A stretch of DNA of 35,775 bases from Octopus bimaculoides. Its lineage: Eukaryota. Below the pieces are notes generated by a model. The model was not told where the DNA came from, did no database searches, and worked only from the letters and a program-made list of their open reading frames with translations. The stretch is from positions 40,134,783 through 40,170,557 of the forward strand of contig NC_068987.1 of assembly GCF_001194135.2 (NCBI RefSeq), written 5' to 3'. The translations under genes and the position numbers were made by a program. Positions 10,800 to 21,269 of this stretch are shown piece by piece. Each line of letters begins with the position of its first letter. The stretch's first letter is position 1.

Positions 10800-12710
10800 C
10801 ACGTTTCGTGACTCGCTACCTCAACAGCTCCTTTATAGGATCCAGTGGCTAAAGACATCAGGAGGAACCACGTCCTCTACCATTTTCGACCCCCCTCTCC
10901 CCACTTTCGGAGGTGTCTTCAGCTCTGGTGTTGAGTGCGTTTTTTTCTTTCTCCTTTGGTTTCCTCGATGCAGCGTCAACGAATGTCAGCGGGCAAATGA
11001 CCATCCTGCCAAATTTTCCTTTAAATACTCGCTGGTAGGCTCCATCAGCCAGCTAGCTGTCACGTGACATCATATAAGCTTCAACTGACCAATGGAGGAG
11101 AAGGATGTGTAGTTTTTGGCACGCGCCCTCTCTAAACCTATCTTCCAACAGTGTCGTGTTAGTTTCAGTTCTAGCAGCCAAAGCCGACAATCTGTTTGGT
11201 GGTACAAGCCTTCGACCCAGGGGGAGGGCGCGCAACGAACGAGATCGCTACCTTGGCCCACCTGTCAATGCTACTTAAATACCAGCCAGCCTCACCTAGT
11301 GACTCTACTTCCCAGTCGGCATGTTATGGCTTTCGAGCCATTTTGGGTCTTCTCGTTTCAGCCATATATAGAAACTGGCTTTGTTGACTGTCTCCTGTAT
11401 CCGCCTTATTACTTTTCTCAGCTCTAAGCTCGAAAATGCAAACCTTCTTTTAAATAACGTCGCCATTTTCCTTTCAATTAAGCCTCTAGCCCCTACTGCC
11501 AAGTGGTAATACTCGACAGTCTATCGATTAATCTCTCATAGCTCTTCCGCTCTGCATTAACGATGTTCTCTTCCCGTGGTACTGTCAGCTCTAGTAAAAT
11601 TCCAATTCTCCGTTCTGTGTTCCATAGGATTAAGTCCGATCTTTTTGTTGTTTTTATAAGTGGAAATATTAAGACTTTCCAAATTTGCGGTCAGCTCCCA
11701 GTATCCCTTCCATCTTTCGTCTGCCTTCTATACTTTATTTGAAAGCCTGGTCTTATGCCCTTTTCCCTCCTTCTGGAAGTGTATCCTTTCGTGCTTTTCC
11801 ACTTTTGGGTATTCTCCCCTAGTATATCCCTCGATCTTCTCCTTGAGTGCTGTGCTTATAACACCGAGGACTTAATTGTGATGCCATGTCTATCTGTCTA
11901 GTGCTAGCCTGTAGTTTGACAGAACATCTCTCACCGTCACTTTCTCTCTGCATCTACATTCATCAGTTGTTAGTATGTTCCACCGGACTAAATTCGCCAG
12001 TGAAGGTAAAACGTCGAAGGTAGACTTGATCAGGAAGGATGTCCTTGCTTGTTCCCAAGCCCAAAGTTCCTTCCATAAGATTCTGCGACTGACTACATAT
12101 TCCTCCCATCTCAAGCACTGTCCCTGTTGACTACTTTGCATCAAATGTACATTTCGCCTTTCCTCTTCCTCCTTTCTCACTTCGTGTACCACTGCCTCTT
12201 TCAACCCGCGCTGTTGAATCACTTTCTTCTGACACACCTTCCCTTGGTGAATTCTAAGCCCGATGTAACTAGAAAACACCTTTCTGCAGCAGCTGAATTC
12301 CTCATCTACTTTTTTTCTGTTTCTGTTTGATCCTTTATTCTCCCCCCGTGTTCCGGAATCATGGTTCATGATTACTTGTTGCAACTTTACCCCGGATCGA
12401 ACTGCAAGCCTATTTGATCCTTCGTTAGACTGTTGTACTGTCAAGCGCCTTTCCGCTTTATCTATACATAGACATTCCTCTACCTTCTCCAGCTCATGGA
12501 TCATTATCCATTCACCCTTCAACCCTACCCGAATTTTAGTCTTCCCCTACCCCCATCCCCTCATTTCCCCATGCAATCTTGCAAATTTCCCACCCACTTT
12601 TACTCATCTTGTACCTTGTTGGGCACCTCATTGCCGTTATCTTATCTGTCTCTTTTCAGGTCTTAGTTATAATTTCTCTTTCTTCCCTTTTACTAAATAT
12701 GAGTGAACAT
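10800..12710 (-). mobile_element. HERO-like retrotransposon, copy C, internally deleted (no RT)
   Basis: The N-terminal finger is joined in frame to the post-RT region. Downstream, frameshifted, are the REL motifs KRSDLILW...LLELTVPREENI and AVGARG...ASFYIWLKR. Confidence 0.85.
11890..12522 (-). pseudogene. 210-aa ORF: zinc finger fused to the post-RT domain of the REL retroelement
   Basis: CCRKVFSSYIGLRIHQGKVC directly followed by EVRKEEEERR...QQGQCLRW...LWKELW...SFLIKSTFDVLPSLANLVRW. Confidence 0.8.
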
Positions 12711-12789
12711 GCAAGTTGCTACTCTGACCCCCACCTCTGTTTCTTATAGTTTAATCCCTTTAGCCCGAGCATGAAGCTGATCCTACACC

Positions 12790-12975
12790 TCTCCCAAAGT
12801 TCAAAATCCTGCAAGCTGCATGACAACCTCAATGGTGCAAATGGCAGAAAAAAAGCATGCAGTACACACTGTAAAGTGGTTGGCATTTGAAATCCTTACA
12901 GCACAATGCAGTCTTTGGATTTATCGGATCTTATCAGCCTACCCTAGTATGGAACATGGACGTTAACTGATTATA
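12790..12975 (+). mobile_element. degenerate SINE/RTE-tail fragment
   Basis: Ends in CCCTAGTATGGAACATGGACGTTAACTGAT, similar to the RTE 3' tails at 28500-28545 and 32320-32365. Confidence 0.4.
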
Positions 12976-13499
12976 TATACATATCTAATATATAAAGTTA
13001 CTTCTTTGTTAATGCACACAAAAACTAATCATGTTCAAACTTGGGAGGAAATGTCCTTAGACTCAGATATAGGTTGTCCTCAAATTTGGACCTGGAGATA
13101 GTCTTCCTTCAACGTAGTCTTGGTTGTTTACAAAGAATGGAAATTAATGCAATGTGTGTGTGTGTGTATGTGTTTGTGTGTTCACATCTTTCCCTCTTGT
13201 TAATTGACTTAATGTGAAGGGACAAGAAATATTGTTACAAACGAGGAAAAATCTGAATATAATTTCAAATGATGACATAGAACTACTGTCCTCTTGTTCT
13301 GCAAGGGAAGATCAATAATAAATTAACAATTAATCCATTTGGGTCGCGTGGCATGCTATACGTTTTTTTTTTTTGCATGGAGTATTATAAATAGTAGTGA
13401 GTTGGTGTCAGGCCGTTGATACGGCAGTTCGTGTTGAACCATTGATGCAACAGTTAGTGTCGAGCGGTTGATGTGAATAGGGTAGGTTACGTAAGTAGT

Positions 13500-13568
13500 T
13501 GGTAGAGACTGATAGAATAAGTCCTGGAGTCGATTTCTTTGACTAAAACCCTTTAAGGTGGTGCTCCA
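13500..13568 (+). mobile_element. SINE family B, 3' fragment
   Basis: GATAGAATAAGTCCTGGAGTCGAT...GGTGGTGCTCCA matches the tail of 32615-33005. Confidence 0.65.
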
Positions 13569-13854
13569 TTACTGATTCTTACATTACTAACTTGAAATAG
13601 AAAACATAGAAGTCGGTGCAAGTTCTTTTTTCCACTCTAAACAAGTTGGCTTGCTTGGCTGGCCTGCAATTTCCGAGCTGTTAATATGACTGTTGGAGCC
13701 ATGTCAGTGGTATCAGGAGGCCGCAGTTTGGAACAATATATCATATGAAAATAAACGTTAGCATTTTTTTTTTCGAAAACAAATGCAAACATAACAAGTC
13801 CTACTTATATTTTCACTCCAGGTTAAAGATAATGAAATTTCATTAAAAAAATTT

Positions 13855-14165
13855 NNNNNNNNNNNNNNNNNNNNNNNNNNNNNNNNNNNNNNNNNNNNNN
13901 NNNNNNNNNNNNNNNNNNNNNNNNNNNNNNNNNNNNNNNNNNNNNNNNNNNNNNNNNNNNNNNNNNNNNNNNNNNNNNNNNNNNNNNNNNNNNNNNNNNN
14001 NNNNNNNNNNNNNNNNNNNNNNNNNNNNNNNNNNNNNNNNNNNNNNNNNNNNNNNNNNNNNNNNNNNNNNNNNNNNNNNNNNNNNNNNNNNNNNNNNNNN
14101 NNNNNNNNNNNNNNNNNNNNNNNNNNNNNNNNNNNNNNNNNNNNNNNNNNNNNNNNNNNNNNNNN
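13855..14165. other. assembly gap
   Basis: Run of N. Confidence 1.
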
Positions 14166-14564
14166 ACGACCGTTTGGCAGAAGTTAAATAACGTCGGTAT
14201 GAATAACCAAATATATATACAGGAAATTAGCATAGTACGAGACAGGTAACCTCGTTCACTTCCTGTTAACGAGCAAGGCAGGTAATCTCGTACTTCCTGT
14301 TAAAAAGGGGAGTGGGAAAGACAGCTGGAGCTTGGCGCAGATAGAACCAGAACGAGACGGAGCTGCATACGGGTCGGACCGTTCACCACCTACCTTGAAA
14401 CTGGACATAATCTCCATATATGAACATTTACTTCCCTGTTTGAACACTTTGTTGTTGCGATCAGAAGTTTACCCCTTTTTCTTACATTATTAATTTGTCT
14501 GATCGTAACAGTACAAAGTTGCATACACCCCTTTTAATAATACAAATCATATTTACATCTTTTA

Positions 14565-14953
14565 TGTGTGGTAAGAAGTTTACTTCCCAAACACATAGTT
14601 CTGGGTTCAGTCCCACTGCGTGGCATCTTGGGCAAGTGTCTTCTACTATAGCTTCGGGCCGACAAAGCTTTGTGAGTGGATTTGGTAGACAGAAACTGAA
14701 AGAAGCCCGTCATATATATACATATGTATATATTTACGTGTCTGTCTTTGTGTTCGTGTTTATCCCTCCATCACTGCTTAACAACCGGTGTTGGTGTGTT
14801 TAGGGCTCCATAACTTAGCGGTTTGACAAAAGATACCAATAGAAGAAATACTAAGCTTAAAAATACTAAGTGTTAGAGTCGAAATGTTCGACTAAAATAC
14901 TTCAAGGCGATGCTCCAGCATGGCTGCAGTGAAATGACTGAAACAAGTAAAGA
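14565..14953 (+). mobile_element. tRNA-derived SINE, family B
   Basis: GGTTCAGTCCCACTGCGTGGCATCTTGGGCAAGTG head/core, internal (TA)n, tail GCTCCAGCATGGCTGCAGT...GAAACAAGTAAAGA. Several copies are in the window. Confidence 0.88.
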
Positions 14954-15119
14954 NNNNNNNNNNNNNNNNNNNNNNNNNNNNNNNNNNNNNNNNNNNNNNN
15001 NNNNNNNNNNNNNNNNNNNNNNNNNNNNNNNNNNNNNNNNNNNNNNNNNNNNNNNNNNNNNNNNNNNNNNNNNNNNNNNNNNNNNNNNNNNNNNNNNNNN
15101 NNNNNNNNNNNNNNNNNNN
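14954..15119. other. assembly gap
   Basis: Run of N. Confidence 1.
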
Positions 15120-15221
15120 ATATATATATATATACAAGAAGCTGCCAATCACAAAGCTCTATTGACACTGTTGTTGACCAATCAGAAATAGTAAATTATC
15201 CAGTTAAATTTTTAAACTCAC

Positions 15222-15296
15222 TGGAACCACCAGGATTTTCTCCTCATAAGCTTGAGCACCTATAATGCTTCCAAGAAATTTAGATCCTCCAAAACT
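15222..15296 (-). CDS. putative coding exon of an unidentified host gene ([25 protein letters not shown])
   Basis: TTGCAG acceptor, GTGAGT donor, 75 nt open, phase-compatible with the exon at 15473-15536. Confidence 0.6.
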
Positions 15297-15472
15297 CTGC
15301 AATGGAGTAAGACTTATTGTGAACTACTCTCTGAATGCCATTAATATCTACTGATTTACCAGTACAATTTAAAAGAATATAGTCTCTAACTAGACTAAGT
15401 TTTGCAATGTCCATCAATAAATCACAAGGACAGACATTATCAGTAACTGGTTTGCAATTAGAGGAGCCTTAC

Positions 15473-15536
15473 ATCTCTCATGACAATTGTATGTTGGATG
15501 CTCATGTGTTGGAAGTTCAAAACAATCTTTTCTCCA
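15473..15536 (-). CDS. putative coding exon (GEKIVLNFQHMSIQHTIVMRD)
   Basis: TTTTTCCCAG acceptor, GTAAGG donor, 64 nt, phase 2 to 0. Confidence 0.55.
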
Positions 15537-15664
15537 CTGGGAAAAACTCATAATGTATATAAAGAATTAACTTGCCTTTATGTTTTCTATTTCAAGTATT
15601 ATTGTTGTTGATCGCACAGAATGTATTATGTCAGTAATGTTAGAATCGTTAATTCTTTTATATG

Positions 15665-15762
15665 TCTCAGTTGACTGTAGCCATGCTGGAGCACTGCCTT
15701 AAAGGGTTTTAGTCAAATAAATCGACCCCAGGACTTATTCTTTGTAAGCCTAGTACTTGTCA
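15665..15762 (-). mobile_element. SINE family B, 3' fragment
   Basis: Reverse complement of the family-B tail (GACTGTAGCCATGCTGGAGCAC...CGACCCCAGGACTTATTC). Confidence 0.75.
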
Positions 15763-17050
15763 GTCTCTACCTTGACTCTGGCCACACACAAGACATACAT
15801 AAAAGAAGAGAGCAATCAAACAAAAATGAGTTAAGAGAGATAACTTAAAATAACAGGCAACTTGAATTTGAATTAGCAACAACAAATATAGATTTACTCA
15901 ATACCAAACAAGGGAAATTCTAAATTTATTGAAATTATCTTTGCTACAAATAAACAAGTACTTTGTAACAATTGCAATTGACTCTGAATGATGAGGGGAG
16001 ATAATATGAATCTTAATCTAGAGTGGAAGGAAAGTTGGGTAAGTGTTGGCAAGACAAAAATCAACTCAAGGAGGAGGAGGTAGTGGTGGTGGTGATGGTG
16101 GTAAAAGAAATAACAACTAAATTTCTCTCTCCCTCAAACCATATTCCACCATTTAAGGAAGATATATTATCCACACTGGATAATATAGTTTATATTTCTG
16201 AAAAACTACGGGATAGTTAGGGCTGGAATACCTTAGATTATAGATCTCCTTGATTATGGTTGTTGTAGGGCTAAACAACAATAGTAACTTACAGAGATTG
16301 ATATCATGCATACACAAAATATACACACCCAAGTATATACACTATGTGCACACACACACACACATATATATATGGAGTGAGAGATGCATACACAAATCTG
16401 TCAGTGATGTGCACATTAACAATCATAAATCTTCAAGAGAACTGCACACACACTCTTATGCCTGTAACACACTTCTCCCACCACCACCTACAGTAAATAC
16501 CAATGATAAACTGGAAAAATTGTTATAGCATTGTCTGCAAATCAATGAAATCGTGTTAAGTCTATAGTCACTGTTTCAGATTCCAAAGAAACTATGGACC
16601 ACCCCAGTGAGTTTTACAACAACCTAGTGCCACAGACTCACTTATAAGAAAGCCATTTTAAGCAAAGATATACACTTACCCTGAGGTACAAATTGAAAAA
16701 AGATGTTTTAATGAGAACAAGTGACCTATTGAATTAAAAAATACCAAAACATTTTTGTTTAAAAAAACATTAAGTTGTCGAAAAAGTTTTCTTATGACAA
16801 AATAACTTTAGATTCTATATTATTTAATACCAAAAATTTAAAACCCTTTATTAATAGAGGAATAATAAGGACAAAAATAATATAAATGTACTCAATAGAA
16901 TTATTTTAATGACTATTTTGGTAAACAATTTCTTGATTTACTTCCATGTTGTTCATGTTGTTTATTGACCTACAACAAGCAGGTGGTGGTCCAGCTACTT
17001 CCATATCCTGTCTCCAGCTCTTTGATATCTTTATGGATGAAAACTCTCAC

Positions 17051-17144
17051 AGTTTTTCAAAAATCTGTGCTTTTGAAGAAAGTAATTCCAGTGGGAATGA
17101 AAATGCATGATGATGATGATACTGCATCCAAATTTCTGATAGTT
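17051..17144 (-). CDS. putative coding exon (LSEIWMQYHHHHAFSFPLELLSSKAQIFEK)
   Basis: TTTTTACAG acceptor, GTGAG donor, phase 1 to 2. Confidence 0.42.
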
Positions 17145-17577
17145 CTGTAAAAATGATTCAATACTATCAACATAATATCTTTATACTTCAAGACCAAAAT
17201 ATTTACAATATTTCTAAATAAAATCCAAACATCAAGTTCACATGTAATCTTAGACTTTTCAAATTCTCTGTCATTCATTTTTATGTTATTTATATCCCTA
17301 CACAGACACCTTTTATTTCTTGATTAAATGTTTGTAAATAAACATTCATAATACTTCATAAATACTTGAAACAATTATTTTTGTCAAAGCCTTAACATAT
17401 AGCTGCATGAGGCCCCAGTTTTTTTTTGGGTTTTTTTTTTGTGTGGTCAATTAGTGGCTGTAAATGGTTCTTTTATCCTTTGACCTTCAATAAAAATATT
17501 TCTTTACAATAATTAACTGACCATAAAAGATGTTCTTTTTGTCCAGTCACAACATCACTTCTGAGTGGGCTGGCAGA

Positions 17578-17578
17578 G

Positions 17579-17628
<50 letters not shown>
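17578..17628. repeat. (CT)n(CA)n microsatellite
   Basis: Direct reading. Confidence 0.95.
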
Positions 17629-17630
<2 letters not shown>

Positions 17631-17885
17631 AACATGGCATTTTAGTATATCGATACTGTTGACTAAGGCACACAGCAATAGCTTTAGTTTTCACACACAA
17701 TCCGTGAGTAGTCTTGATACTTTGTTTTCTCAAGGTGAAATATGAAGTTTTCAAAAGATTCTTTCAAGTAAAGTGAGTGAGCAATAAGAATAAATGAATA
17801 CTTGTTACCATTGTGAAGAAGGAATCAAAATGCTAATCACAAACTTAGTAATTTAAACACTTTCTTAATATACACTGAATCAAAC

Positions 17886-17969
17886 CCAGCTCATTGATGC
17901 CACAAACTAAATTAGAGTCTGAGGTAAAATATGGAAGAAATTCTTTTTCCTGATGGTAGTGTATGTCAC
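17886..17969 (-). CDS. putative coding exon (DIHYHQEKEFLPYFTSDSNLVCGINEL)
   Basis: TTAATCCAG acceptor and open frame. The donor is weak, so the boundary and frame are uncertain. Confidence 0.35.
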
Positions 17970-18676
17970 CTGGATTAAGCAAATCAGTGATAATTAACCT
18001 TCAACCAAATAATACAGAAATTTCATAAAATCCAAGTTCACACTGCAAATCATTGAATTTGTGTAAAACATTGAGGCCCAGTATTAAAGAGTCACATTTT
18101 GTGTCTTCTGTTTTTTCATTTTAAGAGCAGGTATATGAAACATGGGTCTTTTCACAGGTGGCATAGTGTTTGTTTTTTCCGTTAAATCTTGTTACTTGCA
18201 GGAGTAGAAATAGCAATCATCTGTGTGATGTAACTGACAACAAACCATTGATCTCATAAACAATGTAGATTTCTTACTTTCCTTTGCTCCAAAATGTAAC
18301 TCAATACAATATTTACAAACTTTATGAGGGATCCAGGATTTATCTTGATTGCTGAAATACAATCAATATATTTGTTTAACAAGGGATGATATATTTTGCC
18401 TTTGTTGTTAAGGTATATATTTGACACATATATTACAAAATGTATTTTTTATGTTCACATGGTCTGCTTGTTATATCTGAACAAATAGAGAAAAATAAAC
18501 ATATAAAGTCAATGAAAAAGCATGTTACTAAATATTTGTAATGTAGTTTATGAAATAATCTTATAGGATATTCTTCCTCATTTGTGGGAAAACTATGATG
18601 CAATGAAAAAAAATTGATAACCTTCTTAACTTCACAGATTTCATTTAAATTGCCTGAAAATAAATATTATAATCAC

Positions 18677-18841
18677 CTTTGACCAATGCTATTTTTTCAA
18701 GGAGCTTAGATATTCCATCTTTGTGGACTGGAACAAGATCTGATACAGTTGAGTCTTGGACTAAACACCTGCTCCTGCTACTCCACAACTCAAACTTTGG
18801 GGTAAGTTGTCGGTGGATAGAGAATTTCTTCAGATTTCTGT
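18677..18841 (-). CDS. putative coding exon (RNLKKFSIHRQLTPKFELWSSRSRCLVQDSTVSDLVPVHKDGISKLLEKIALVK)
   Basis: ATTTTAG acceptor, GTGATT donor, 165 nt open. Its diverged copy at 21715-21790 differs mostly at third codon positions in this frame. Confidence 0.68.
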
Positions 18842-18874
18842 CTAAAATATTCGTTTAAAGGCCAAAAAGTTTCA

Positions 18875-19050
18875 GGCATGGAGGTAAATTGATTACATCA
18901 ACCCAAGTGCTTGACTGTTACTTATCTTATTGACCCTGGAAGGATGAAAGGCAAATTTGACCTTGGCAGAATTTGAACTCAAAATATAAAGACAGCTGAA
19001 ATGCCACTAAGCATTTTGCCCAGTGAACTAACAATTCTGCCAGCTTGCCA
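18875..19050 (-). mobile_element. tRNA-derived SINE fragment with a MetaSINE-like central domain
   Basis: Minus strand reads GAGTTCAAATTCTGCCAAGGTCAAATTTGCCTTTCATCCTTCCAGGGTCAATAAGATAAGTA, resembling the GACTCAGCCTTCCATCCTTCC...GTAAAATGAGTAC MetaSINE core. Confidence 0.6.
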
Positions 19051-19233
19051 CATTAATTTTCTGCTTTAGATATTGAACATTAGGATTTTGAAAACTAAAA
19101 ATCATAATCTTCAACAACAACATGGTACACAAATCAATTACAGTACCACTAGCAAACTTATCTCCTGCAATTGACACCTTCAGATCTTTTTTTTTTTAAA
19201 TAATGGCACATTAGATGATGTGGTCCTACATAC

Positions 19234-19317
19234 ATGGAATAATCTCAGCTGGAATACTATTAGTCAGTTGTCTGTTGATTGTGTGATTAGAGGTTATACA
19301 ATAGTACACAGATACAC
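19234..19317 (-). CDS. putative coding exon (VSVYYCITSNHTINRQLTNSIPAEIIP)
   Basis: TTAACAG acceptor, GTATGT donor, 84 nt, phase 1 to 1, joining 18841 in frame. Confidence 0.5.
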
Positions 19318-19467
19318 CTGTTAATTTTTTTCTTTCCATACTCATGGCTAGAAAAAAAATATTTGTCAAATAATCCACATAATTTCTACATTAGATAAGT
19401 TGCTAGACCTTACATGATCAGATGAGGGTAAAAGTTAGGTATCAATGAGTGGATTGACTTCACTGAC

Positions 19468-19498
19468 CTCCACCCCAATACAAATTTGGTCTGTACTC
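19468..19498 (-). CDS. putative short exon (EYRPNLYWGG)
   Basis: Pyrimidine-rich ...TTTATCCGTCAG acceptor, GTCAGT donor, 31 nt, phase 0 to 1. Confidence 0.4.
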
Positions 19499-20047
19499 CT
19501 GACGGATAAACCCAGAAAAACAAAACACTTACAGGAGCAGGTAATTAAATCTCCACCCACTTAATTTTGTTTAACAATGGGTTCTACCCATACCTGCATG
19601 GAAGGAAGACCGTAAATAACAATAATGATGACTGTAAATACTTCCATTTTGGGTCACCACTCAAAAGTTCATTTTCAAGAAACACATCTGTGACTTCCTC
19701 TACAAGATATTGTTGTTCAACCCAAGTCTTCTTGGTTAACCTAGCAGACCAGACTTAGATCATAGATCTAACTGTAAACACACCATTTTTTAAATATCAT
19801 ACATATTATCCAAGACAATAAGATGTATTTATCTGATATTTCTAGCAGCTTAACAATATAGTGGTTTGTTTTACTCCAAGCTATTGTCACAAGTAGAGTT
19901 GAACCCAGCACTGCAAGCTAACAAACCAAACATTTTTCTTTTTAATGAGTAGAGCTTATAACTCTTTTTCAGGATCAGAGGTAGCTTTCCAAGGCTAAAG
20001 GCACCTAAGGGTCTAGTTTCAGTATGAAAATAAGTGTTGCTTACAGT

Positions 20048-20123
20048 GGCAACTACTTCCAACTCAGTGGAACTTATTTTCAGTGAGGTGAACTGGTCAT
20101 GGAACGGAACACAACACTGCTAG
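20048..20123 (-). CDS. putative exon (QCCVPFHDQFTSLKISSTELEVVAT); linkage to neighbouring exons unresolved
   Basis: Strong TTTTGTTTCTAG acceptor and GTAAGC donor, with one open frame. Confidence 0.35.
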
Positions 20124-20997
20124 AAACAAAATACAGAACAAAGATTTCTTAGTTGGTTATCCATCAACAGATAGACACTCACACACACACACAGTATGTG
20201 TGTGTATGCTCCCTCAGTGAATATTATGAGAAAGAAAATGGTTATTATAAAAAAATGTTAAATGGTATAATTTTTGTTTATTTCTTTACAAGGAGTGGGG
20301 TTTGTAAATTGACGACAGCAGCATTTAACAAACAGAAATAAAGGTTTGATGCTGTCTAGTTATACTGACCACACTAAATAAGACAGTATGGTTCCCGGAG
20401 TTGAGATCAGCATACAACTCTGATATACTGAAAGTTTCCATAGAATAAACCTTGTTATAGTTCTGATACATCACATGAAATCAAAGCTAGGCTTCTGCTG
20501 TGTTCTTCTTTTTTTAAATATATTATCATTATCAATGATAACAAAATATGTTTTGTTCATATATTTTCATTTCAGTTTAGCAGTTCTTACATCTGCAGAT
20601 CCCCTCCCCCATCCCACCCCAAAAGCTATAGCTTTTGCTGCACAATACAGCAACTAGAATATTTCAACTTCAACTGATGGTAATGTATGTATGTATGTAT
20701 ACTGATTCAACTTTAACTTGTGTTAAATGTGTGTGTAAAAAAGTTTTTTAATTACTGTTTGGTAAATAAAAATGTACCTTAATTTTAAAAAAAGTAGTTT
20801 TTCAAATTTTCTGCAGTCAGGCTACAGAATCTTAATTTTTTTTGCTTTGTTTATTGTTTGGATTTCTTTTTGTATTTATTATGTAATTCAATTTTCTTTC
20901 TTTCTTTCTGCCAATATACAGTCTTTAAATTGATTTGAAGGAAAAATAGCTTGAGTAGTGTTGATGAGATATCACATTTGAAAAAGATGTCTTCTTC

Positions 20998-21135
20998 CTA
21001 GCATGGATCATCCGAGTCACTCTCAGATGAAGAGACGTCATTCAAGTCCTGTACATTCGGCTGGTAAACTGGCATGTGTTTTGGACTCCAGGTTTTCGGA
21101 AGATGACGAACCAGACAATTTTTTTGATGTTTTGC
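20998..21135 (-). CDS. putative terminal coding exon of a host gene (AKHQKNCLVRHLPKTWSPKHMPVYQPNVQDLNDVSSSESDSDDPC*)
   Basis: TTTTGTCTTCTCTAG acceptor, 45 codons to TAG with an acidic Ser-rich tail, and AATAAA on the minus strand at 20850-20855 and 20875-20880. Confidence 0.55.
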   Translation of the reverse strand, partial: AKHQKNCLVRHLPKTWSPKHMPVYQPNVQDLNDVSSSESDSDDPC

Positions 21136-21269
21136 CTAGAGAAGACAAAATATTTTATATACATATGTACATATATACATGATTATATATTTACAAGCCA
21201 ATGAGGGTGCCTCTCTATAGTTGCTTAACCTGTCAGTAATAGCAGCACTATCTTAAAAAAATATAAGGC

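Noticed and set aside
16970-17144. Possible selenocysteine: extending the exon gives an in-frame TGA (17047-17049) and a downstream donor in the same phase
   Set aside because: The TGA lies inside a consensus GTGAG donor that ends the exon in the same phase without readthrough. The downstream donor (GTCAAT) is weaker and I found no SECIS or Cys-like context.
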